A stretch of DNA of 33,986 bases, taken from positions 1 to 33,986 of the forward strand of contig JAGATO010000324.1 of NCBI GenBank assembly GCA_017621195.1, given 5' to 3'. Positions within the stretch are counted from its first letter, which is position 1. The number at the start of each line of letters is the position of its first letter. The notes under the pieces are model-generated. The model was not told the DNA's origin, did not search any database, and was given only the letters and a program-made list of their open reading frames with translations. The position numbers were made by a program, and so were the translations under genes. This DNA comes from Bacillota bacterium (lineage in GTDB: Bacteria > Bacillota > Clostridia > Peptostreptococcales > Anaerovoracaceae). Shown piece by piece: positions 8,740 to 15,547 of this stretch.

Positions 8740-9591
8740 ATGGAGATACTGATCGTAACAGGATTGTCGGGAGCGGGAAAATCCCAGGCGATCCATTTCA
8801 TCGAGGATATGAATTATTACTGCATCGACAATATGCCGCCGGCGCTGATCCGGGACTTCGTCAACCTGGCGGCCCAGGACAAGATGACCATTGAGAAGGC
8901 GGCCTTCGTGGTGGATATCCGCGGCGGCGAATTCTTCTCCGATCTGGAAAACGTTCTGGAAGATCTGCGGCGTCACGATACGCCGTATCAGCTGCTGTTT
9001 CTGGAAGCCTCCGACGAGGTGCTGATCCGCCGCTACAAGGAGACGCGGCGCACCCATCCTCTGTCCAAGACCGGGTCCATCCGAGAGGGCATCGATACGG
9101 AGAGAAAGCGGCTGTCGGCCATCCGAAAGGAGGCCACCTATGTGGTGGATACCTCCAATATGAAGGCGGCCAAGCTGAACGAGGAATTGAAGGTGCTGCT
9201 TCTGGGCGAGGAGAGTAAAGAGAACTTTACCATTACGGTGGAATCCTTCGGGTTTAAGCACGGGATGCCCCAGGAGGCCGACTGGGTCTTCGACGTCAGG
9301 TTCATTCCCAATCCCTTCTACCTGGCCAGCATGAAGAACCTGACGGGAAACAGCAAAAAGGTTCAGGAATACGTGATGAAATTCCCTGAATCCCAGGCCT
9401 TTGTGAAGCAGGTCCACGATCTGATCGAACAGCTGATTCCCCACTACATCCGGGAAGGAAAGTACCACCTTGTCCTGGCCTTCGGCTGTACCGGCGGACA
9501 GCATCGGTCCGTGACCATGGCCAACAAGTTCGCGGAGATCTTCAAGGAAGAGGGAAAGCGGACGATTCTGATTCACCGGGATCTGGCGTAG
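8740..9591 (+). CDS. rapZ: RNase adapter / P-loop nucleotide-binding protein RapZ (YvcJ)
   Basis: ATG 8740 (SD AAAGGGGAG) lies 1 nt after the PHP stop. Walker A GLSGAGKS at residues 8-15. Typical C-terminus FGCTGGQHRSV. Confidence 0.9.
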   Translation: MEILIVTGLSGAGKSQAIHFIEDMNYYCIDNMPPALIRDFVNLAAQDKMTIEKAAFVVDIRGGEFFSDLENVLEDLRRHDTPYQLLFLEASDEVLIRRYKETRRTHPLSKTGSIREGIDTERKRLSAIRKEATYVVDTSNMKAAKLNEELKVLLLGEESKENFTITVESFGFKHGMPQEADWVFDVRFIPNPFYLASMKNLTGNSKKVQEYVMKFPESQAFVKQVHDLIEQLIPHYIREGKYHLVLAFGCTGGQHRSVTMANKFAEIFKEEGKRTILIHRDLA

Positions 9592-9615
9592 AATGATCAA
9601 AAGTGAAAAATGTAC

Positions 9616-9636
9616 AAAACCCCCTTTCGGGGGATT
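9616..9636. terminator. Short GC hairpin after rapZ (weak, possible terminator)
   Basis: AAAA-CCCCC-tttc-GGGGG-att. 5-bp G:C stem. The U-tract is good only on the minus strand. Confidence 0.3.
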
Positions 9637-9645
9637 GGTGAGATA

Positions 9646-9654
9646 TGGTATAAT
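9646..9654 (+). promoter_or_regulatory. Extended -10 promoter for the BKACE gene
   Basis: TGgTATAAT about 88 nt upstream of ATG 9742, directly after the rapZ hairpin. Confidence 0.5.
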
Positions 9655-9741
9655 GGCAGTAAGCCGATCAATTCCGGATTTTTGTGTTGGAAAGAATCAG
9701 GCTTTATGTGGAAGAAAAGATTTGTAAAGGAGACGAATGAA

Positions 9742-10572
9742 ATGGACAAGTTAATTATCAGCGCATGTATTTGCGGTGCGGAAGTTACCAAAGAACAGAA
9801 CCCGGCGGTTCCCTATACGGTAGAAGAAATTGTTAGAGAAGCGAAATCCGCTTACGATGCCGGCGCAGCTCTGATTCACCTGCACGTAAGATGGGATGAC
9901 GGTACTCCGACTCAGGACACCGCAAGATTCCAGGAATGCATCGACGCCATCCGCAAGGAATGCCCGGATGCCATCATCCAGCCCTCCACCGGTGGCGCGG
10001 TAGGTATGACCGACCTGGAACGTCTGGCTTCCACCGACGTAGTTCCCACCCCCGAAATGGCTACCCTGGACTGCGGTACCTGCAACTTCGGCGGCGACGA
10101 AATCTTCGTTAACTCCAATACCACCATCATCAACTTTGCGAAGATCATGAAGGAAAGGGGCATCAAGCCCGAACTGGAAGTCTTCGATAAGGGCATGATC
10201 GACCTGGCTCTGAAGACCGCTGACAAGAAGGGTCTGCTGGTTCACCCCCTGCACTGGGACTTCGTACTGGGCGTACAGATGAGCGCTACCATCCGTGACC
10301 TGGTATACATGGTAGAATCCATTCCCGCAGGCTCCACCTGGACCGCTACCGGCCTGGGCAAGAACGCTTGGCACATCGCGGCTGCTACCATCGCTATGGG
10401 CGGTCACGTAAGAGTCGGCTTCGAAGACAACCTGTACCTGGAAAAGGGCGTTCTGGCCAAGTCCAACGGCGAAATGGTAGAAAAGGCCGTTAAGCTGGCT
10501 AAGCTGCTGGGCAGAGAGATCGCTACTCCCGCAGAAGCTCGTGAGATTCTGGGTCTGGCTCCCTTGAAGTAA
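9742..10572 (+). CDS. BKACE-family (3-keto-5-aminohexanoate cleavage enzyme-like, DUF849) protein
   Basis: Start moved to ATG 9742 (AAGGAG 9 nt upstream). TIM-barrel BKACE hallmarks: LIHLHVR (HxH), QPSTGG, RVGFEDN. Confidence 0.8.
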   Translation: MDKLIISACICGAEVTKEQNPAVPYTVEEIVREAKSAYDAGAALIHLHVRWDDGTPTQDTARFQECIDAIRKECPDAIIQPSTGGAVGMTDLERLASTDVVPTPEMATLDCGTCNFGGDEIFVNSNTTIINFAKIMKERGIKPELEVFDKGMIDLALKTADKKGLLVHPLHWDFVLGVQMSATIRDLVYMVESIPAGSTWTATGLGKNAWHIAAATIAMGGHVRVGFEDNLYLEKGVLAKSNGEMVEKAVKLAKLLGREIATPAEAREILGLAPLK

Positions 10573-10604
10573 TTCAGTACATAACGCTGACCAAACGAGA
10601 AACG

Positions 10605-10636
10605 AAAGACGCCGCCTATCGGGACGGCGTCTTTTT
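10605..10636 (+). terminator. Rho-independent terminator after the BKACE gene
   Basis: AAAGACGCCG-n10-CGGCGTCTTTTT. Confidence 0.75.
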
Positions 10637-10637
10637 G

Positions 10638-10666
10638 TTGCCATGACGACATCTTTGCGGTACAAT
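10638..10666 (+). promoter_or_regulatory. Sigma-A-like promoter for whiA
   Basis: TTGCCA, 17 nt, TACAAT. It begins immediately after the terminator and ends about 60 nt upstream of ATG 10726. Confidence 0.55.
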
Positions 10667-10725
10667 AAAAAGAGACAGCCGGATCCGTGTAACCGGCGCG
10701 AAAGGAAAGGCGAGGGAGAGAGAAC

Positions 10726-11670
10726 ATGTCATTTTCTTCGGAAACGAAACAGGAGCTGACGCGGATCAGCGCGGAAAAGAAGTGTTGTCAGCTGGCGGAG
10801 ATCGCCGGTTTTTTACGCATGTGCGGCAGCATCATGCTGATTGGAGGACGCATGGGCGTCCGGCTGACCACCGACAGCCCCGCTACGGCGCGGCTGTTTG
10901 CCAAGCTGCTGAAGAGCTATTTCGATACGAAGGCCGACCTGAACGTGGAGGAAACCACACCGCTGAAGAAGGGCCACGCCTATCAGCTGATCATCACGCC
11001 GGACATGAATGCCGACCTGATCCTGCGGGAGACGGGAATTCTGGGCGTCAAGGAAGGCTCCAACTACATCACCGACGGAATCAAGCCGGAGCTGATCCGG
11101 AAGAAATGCTGTAAAAAGGCGTACCTGCGGGGGATTTTCCTGGGTGCCGGAACCATCAGCGCCCCGCAGAAGGGGTATCACATCGAGTTCGTCTGCAGCA
11201 GCGAATACCTGGCGGGTGACGTGAAAAAGCTGGTCAACAGCTTCGGACTGAACGCCAAGGTGACCCAGCGGAAGGAACAGTTCGTGGTCTATCTGAAGGA
11301 CAGCGAGCAGATCATCGATCTGCTGAACATCCTGGGAGCTCACGGCCAGCTTCTGGCCTTCGAAAATATCAAGATCATGAAAGAGATGCGCAACAAGACC
11401 AACCGGATCATGAACTGCGAAAGCGCCAATCTGGACAAGACGGTGAACACCGCCGGACGGCAGATCGAGGCCATCGAAAAGATACAGAGGACCCGGGGGA
11501 TGGCATCTCTGCCGCCCAAGCTATTGGAAGCGGCAAACCTGCGGTTGGCTAATCCGGAAGCCACGCTGGCGGAGCTGGCGGAACTGGCCGATCCGCCGCT
11601 GGCCAAGTCGGGATTGAACCACCGGCTGAAGAAGATCGAGGAAATCGCCGGAAAGATTCAGGAGCCGTAG
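10726..11670 (+). CDS. whiA: DNA-binding protein WhiA (sporulation/cell-division regulator)
   Basis: 314 aa. Characteristic N-terminus MSFSSETKQELTRI...CCQLAEIAGFLRMCGSI and C-terminal HTH (ATLAELAELADPPLAKSGLNHRLKKI). SD GAGGGAGAG. Confidence 0.9.
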   Translation: MSFSSETKQELTRISAEKKCCQLAEIAGFLRMCGSIMLIGGRMGVRLTTDSPATARLFAKLLKSYFDTKADLNVEETTPLKKGHAYQLIITPDMNADLILRETGILGVKEGSNYITDGIKPELIRKKCCKKAYLRGIFLGAGTISAPQKGYHIEFVCSSEYLAGDVKKLVNSFGLNAKVTQRKEQFVVYLKDSEQIIDLLNILGAHGQLLAFENIKIMKEMRNKTNRIMNCESANLDKTVNTAGRQIEAIEKIQRTRGMASLPPKLLEAANLRLANPEATLAELAELADPPLAKSGLNHRLKKIEEIAGKIQEP

Positions 11671-12935
11671 TGGCTGTTTCTGTGGCGCTCTCCCTGGCTG
11701 GTCTTCATCTGAAGCAGCTTTCGCAGGGTGAAGTCCACGGATAGAATCAGGCTCATGCCTACGGCGATGCCCAGAGCGCAGTACAGCGTCGAAGAACCGA
11801 AGGAACCGACGCCATCCCATTGGCCGCCCACGGCGCAGCTCATGGTGTAGAACAGGGAGCCGCCGGGAATCAGCGGAACCAGCGCCGGAATGTAAAAGAC
11901 GGTGGACGGAGCCTTCTTCACCCGGGCCATGGCCTCCGAGTAGACGGTGGCGAAGGCGGCTGCCGCAACGGAGGACAGAAACACCGTTTCGCCGAAGAAA
12001 GAAGCGGCGATCATATAGACGCCCCAGTCCAGGACGCCGCCCAGAACGGCCAGAGGAAGCAGGTTCCGCCGTACGTTGAACATCAGGGAGAAGCCCATGG
12101 CGCCCACACCGGCCGTAAACAGCTGAGCGGCAGCGCTCAGCGAGGCATCGCCGGCCATGGCGTAGGCACCGCCAGTGAAGAACATGGCGGCCATGAAGCC
12201 CAGGGCCAGGGCCGCGGCCCAAAGCAGGGCTTCCACCAGGCGCATCAGTCCGGAGATGGTGTTTCCCACCAGGACGTTTCTCACGGCGTTGGTGAGGGCG
12301 ATACCGGGAATCAGCAGCATGATGCAGCCGATGAGGATCTTATCCAGATGAAGAATGGGTAGGAGACCGGCGCAGAGGCTGGTAGCCACGCCCACGATGA
12401 CGGAGCAGAGGAGGTTGAAGCTCATCTGATTCATGGAAATGGGCAGAAGCCGCTCCTGAAACCAGCAGATCGCCAGGGCAAACAGAGCGGCCATACCGCC
12501 GTCCCACAGGGTTCCACCGAAGAACATGGTAAAGCCGCCGGCAGCCAGAACGCTGCCCAGATAGGAGGTCCAGGGGCTGGGCCGGGATGTTTCGATGGCG
12601 CGGACCTCCTCTTCCAGCGTTTCCGGAGCGATCGGATCGGCGCAGCATCGGCGGCTCAGCTCGTTGAATCGTTCGATTTTGATGAAATCCGTTCCGCCGG
12701 ACGTCATGACCCGGCGGGTCTGGGTCAGCTCTTCGCCGTCGGGCATGCCCATGGTGACGATGATGCAGGAGGTGATGACGAAGACGTTCATGTGTTCCGC
12801 GCCGCAGGCCAGACCCATGCGGGCGATGGTGTCTTCCACTCGGGTGATTTCGGAGCCGCTGACCAGCATGGCTTCGGCCATATTGAGAAGACCTGTGAGC
12901 AGGTCGCTATTTTTTTTACTGTTGTTCTGTTCCAT
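11658..12935 (-). CDS. ThrE-family (DUF1212 + DUF3815 fused) threonine/serine exporter-like membrane protein
   Basis: 425 aa. N-terminal ThrE-like region (AEAMLVSGSEITRVEDTIARMGLACGAEHMNVFVITSCIIV) followed by about 10 hydrophobic segments. Its 3' end overlaps the whiA 3' end by 13 nt. Confidence 0.75.
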   Translation of the reverse strand: MEQNNSKKNSDLLTGLLNMAEAMLVSGSEITRVEDTIARMGLACGAEHMNVFVITSCIIVTMGMPDGEELTQTRRVMTSGGTDFIKIERFNELSRRCCADPIAPETLEEEVRAIETSRPSPWTSYLGSVLAAGGFTMFFGGTLWDGGMAALFALAICWFQERLLPISMNQMSFNLLCSVIVGVATSLCAGLLPILHLDKILIGCIMLLIPGIALTNAVRNVLVGNTISGLMRLVEALLWAAALALGFMAAMFFTGGAYAMAGDASLSAAAQLFTAGVGAMGFSLMFNVRRNLLPLAVLGGVLDWGVYMIAASFFGETVFLSSVAAAAFATVYSEAMARVKKAPSTVFYIPALVPLIPGGSLFYTMSCAVGGQWDGVGSFGSSTLYCALGIAVGMSLILSVDFTLRKLLQMKTSQGERHRNSHYGS

Positions 12936-13010
12936 ACGTTGTATTCCTTAAAGGCGCGCAGAGAGTCCGGCCGGAACGGGAAAAGCGCGCATACGATTTC
13001 CGGCGGATGT

Positions 13011-13039
13011 ATTGTATAACGATTTCTTTGCGTTGGCAA
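13011..13039 (-). promoter_or_regulatory. Sigma-A-like promoter for the ThrE-family gene
   Basis: Minus strand: TTGCCA, 17 nt, TACAAT, about 75 nt upstream of ATG 12935. Confidence 0.5.
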
Positions 13040-13138
13040 GAGTAATCTGAGAAAAATTTCAATCAAAATTCTTTAAATTTGTCAAAAAATAAAACGAAAA
13101 ATGAGAATCGTCGAAAAAATATCCGAATCTATTCTTCG

Positions 13139-13166
13139 TTGCATTTCCAGAGATTTCATGTATACT
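13139..13166 (+). promoter_or_regulatory. Sigma-A-like promoter for the class V PLP enzyme gene
   Basis: TTGCAT, 16 nt, TATACT, about 43 nt upstream of ATG 13209. Embedded in the shared box TCGTTGCATTTCCAG. Confidence 0.55.
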
Positions 13167-13208
13167 GTTTGTAGAGATTTCTATGACAAATGATAGAAAG
13201 GTAACGAC

Positions 13209-14288
13209 ATGAAAACTTTGGAGGAGGCCAGAAGGGAGTTTTCCTTTTTGGAGGATCACATTTATTTGGATACGGCCACCACGGGGCTGGCCTGGGACGG
13301 TCAGGCGGAAGCCGCCGGCGGATTTTACACCGACGCCAAGCGCATGGGCTACGTAGGAAGCAACGTCTGGAACGGAAAGGAACAAGCGGTCAGGAAGCGG
13401 CTGGCGAAGCTGCTTCACGCAGTACCGGAGGAGATCTACTTCTATTCCAGTACGACGGAATTCGTCAACCTGATAGCCCACAGTCTGACGCTGTCGCCCG
13501 GCGATCAGATTCTGATGGCGGAAGGCGAATATCCGGCCATCACGGCTCCCTGGGAGTTTTTACGGGAGCGGGGCGTGGAAATCGTTCGACGATCCGTTTC
13601 TTCGGAAGAAACGCGGCAGCAGGACCTTCTGAGAGGTCTGACGGAACGGACCAGACTGGTGCTCCTGTCCCACGTCCAGTACACTACGGGAACGAAGGCG
13701 GATCTGGCGGCTGTGGGAAAGGACTGTCACGAGGCGGGAGCTTTCGTACTGGTGGACGGAACCCAGGGGCTGGGAGCTGTTCCGGTGAATCTGGAAGATG
13801 TGGATTTTTACGTGTCTTCCACGTTTAAATGGATTTTGGGAGCCTTCGGACTGTCGGTGGCCGTGGTGAAGAAGGAAGCGGAGAAGCAGCTGAGACCGGC
13901 CTACGCAGGGTACGGAGGAAACAAGCTGCAGTACACTTCCGTCAATTATCCCACGCTGTGGGCTCTGGACGCAGCGCTGGACCTCTTTGAGGAGGTGGGA
14001 TGGACCCGGATTTACGATCAGGTGGCGCAGGTGACCGATTTCCTGATGGACGGGCTGAAAGATCTGGGAATCTCCGTTCTGACGCCACGGAACGCCAGGG
14101 CGGGAATCGTCAGCTTTCGCCATCCGCGAGGCGGGCAGATCGAACGGGCGATGGCCCAGCGGAAGATTTACTTCGCCTATCGGGATGGATATGTCCGGAT
14201 CGCTCCTCACTTTTACAATACGGTGGAGGATGTTCGGACGATGTTGAATGCGCTGCGAGAGTGTTTAACGATGTCGGAAGGGAAATGA
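13209..14288 (+). CDS. Aminotransferase class V-fold PLP-dependent enzyme (cysteine desulfurase / selenocysteine lyase-like)
   Basis: 359 aa. N-terminus FLEDHIYLDTATTG, DGTQGLG, and the probable PLP lysine in VSSTFKWILG. Confidence 0.75.
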   Translation: MKTLEEARREFSFLEDHIYLDTATTGLAWDGQAEAAGGFYTDAKRMGYVGSNVWNGKEQAVRKRLAKLLHAVPEEIYFYSSTTEFVNLIAHSLTLSPGDQILMAEGEYPAITAPWEFLRERGVEIVRRSVSSEETRQQDLLRGLTERTRLVLLSHVQYTTGTKADLAAVGKDCHEAGAFVLVDGTQGLGAVPVNLEDVDFYVSSTFKWILGAFGLSVAVVKKEAEKQLRPAYAGYGGNKLQYTSVNYPTLWALDAALDLFEEVGWTRIYDQVAQVTDFLMDGLKDLGISVLTPRNARAGIVSFRHPRGGQIERAMAQRKIYFAYRDGYVRIAPHFYNTVEDVRTMLNALRECLTMSEGK

Positions 14289-14328
14289 TTCTTTTGGATT
14301 TTGCTCGAGAAAATGCGTAAAAATATCG

Positions 14329-14357
14329 TTGCATTTTCAGTAAAAATATGGGAAAAT
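14329..14357 (+). promoter_or_regulatory. Candidate promoter for the FAH-family gene
   Basis: TTGCAT, 17 nt, GAAAAT with TGg immediately upstream (extended -10). Embedded in the shared box TCGTTGCATTTTCAG. Confidence 0.35.
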
Positions 14358-14435
14358 AATAACGTTAGTACGTTCGGTTTCGAGATGGATGCGATTCTCG
14401 AAAGCCGGTAGAGAGGATGTCAGGGAGGAAAAGCT

Positions 14436-15326
14436 ATGAGATTATACACATACAAAACGGACAAAAAAGGAAAGGAAATCGTCGGCGTTGGGGATTCCGA
14501 GGGGAAGTTTATCCATCCGCTGTCCAGCTTCGGCATGGAGTATAAATCGGTTCTGGAGATGATCCGGAAGATGAAGGGCGCGGAGTGGGAACTTCTGAAG
14601 AAATCGGTCAACGAGAGAACCGAGGGCGTGGAAGTGTCCGACGTGATCCTGTGCGCGCCGATTCTCCAGCCGGCTCAGGACATCATCTGTCTGGGGATCA
14701 ACTACATGGATCATGCGGAAGAATCCGCCAGATTCAAGAAGCTGGAGTTCGACGGAAAGCGGGAGTACGCTGTGTATTTCTCCAAGCGCGTCAATGAGAC
14801 GGTACCTCCGGAGGGTGTCATTCCGGCGTACGAAGGTCTGGTAGACGGGCTGGACTATGAGGTGGAACTGGCTGTGATCATCGGTAAGGATGCGAAAAAT
14901 GTTCCGAAGGAAGAGGCTTTCGATTACATCCTGGGTTATACGATTATGAACGACGTCAGCGCCAGAAATCTGCAGACCCGCCACAAGCAGTGGTACTTCG
15001 GAAAGAGTCTGGACGGTTTTACCCCCCTGGGTCCCTGTATCGTGACTCGGGACGACCTGCCCAATGTGGAGGACCTGAGCATCGTCAGCCGTCTGAACGG
15101 CGAGGTCCGTCAGAGCAGCAACACCGGCCTGATGATCACCGGCATCGCGGATATGATTGCCGAGCTGTCTTCGGGAATGACGCTGAAGGCAGGAACGATC
15201 ATCGCCACCGGAACGCCGGGCGGCGTGGGCATGGGCTTCGTACCTCCCCGTTTCATGAAGAAGGGCGACGTGATCGAATGCGAGATCGAAGGCATCGGCA
15301 TTCTGCGCAACGTGGTCGGCGACTGA
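14436..15326 (+). CDS. Fumarylacetoacetate hydrolase (FAH) family protein
   Basis: 296 aa, SD GGGAGG. FAH-family segments: ICLGINYMDHAEE, YEVELAVIIGKDAKNV, GYTIMNDVSARNLQ, GKSLDGFTPLGPCIV, TGTPGGVG. Confidence 0.85.
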   Translation: MRLYTYKTDKKGKEIVGVGDSEGKFIHPLSSFGMEYKSVLEMIRKMKGAEWELLKKSVNERTEGVEVSDVILCAPILQPAQDIICLGINYMDHAEESARFKKLEFDGKREYAVYFSKRVNETVPPEGVIPAYEGLVDGLDYEVELAVIIGKDAKNVPKEEAFDYILGYTIMNDVSARNLQTRHKQWYFGKSLDGFTPLGPCIVTRDDLPNVEDLSIVSRLNGEVRQSSNTGLMITGIADMIAELSSGMTLKAGTIIATGTPGGVGMGFVPPRFMKKGDVIECEIEGIGILRNVVGD

Positions 15327-15385
15327 GGCGACGGATCAGCGGTACGGAGCATATCACCGCATGCCATAACATCATAGAATGAAAG

Positions 15386-15432
15386 AATGTAACCTTCTCA
15401 CCGATGGTTTGCTGCGGAGGGTTACATTTTTT
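15386..15432 (+). terminator. Rho-independent terminator after the FAH gene
   Basis: AATGTAACCTTC-n19-GGAGGGTTACATTTTTT. Stem of 9 Watson-Crick pairs, extendable by 3 more including one G:U, with a large loop and T6. Confidence 0.6.
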
Positions 15433-15547
15433 ATTGGAATTTTATCTATAACTTCGCAGAATACCGCATGACTTCTTTGGGATTTTTGTATAAAATAAGA
15501 GAAACAAGACTGACAGTATGAAGGGGAAGCGAGGAGGAAAAGAACCG

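Noticed and set aside
9610-9741. 44-aa N-terminal extension of the BKACE ORF
   Set aside because: It would cover the hairpin and the TGgTATAAT promoter. ATG 9742 has AAGGAG at 9 nt, and BKACE proteins start close to the MDKLIISA-type sequence.
7917-10665. Minus-strand ORFs of 294, 294 and 304 aa opposite PHP, rapZ and BKACE
   Set aside because: Antisense shadows of genes with unambiguous motifs on the + strand. Their near-identical lengths to the sense genes are typical of mirror ORFs in GC-biased coding DNA. The same reasoning applies to the remaining overlapping 60-280-aa ORFs in the track, e.g. 18134-18889(-), 21955-22785(-), 22068-22778(+), 23124-23756(-), 13560-14210(-) and 16373-17008(-).
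10638-13039. Identical TTGCCA-17-TACAAT hexamers and a shared CTTTGCG heptamer in the whiA and ThrE promoters
   Set aside because: Both hexamers are simply near-consensus sigma-A elements. A shared 7-mer is expected a few times by chance in 34 kb on two strands.
13139-14357. Reading the GCATT...GGGAAAATAA and GCATT...CATGTATA arrangements as sporulation sigma-F/G promoters
   Set aside because: The matches to the remembered consensus are partial, and spacing and key positions are off. Both sites are adequately explained as sigma-A-type promoters. This cannot be judged without position-weight matrices.
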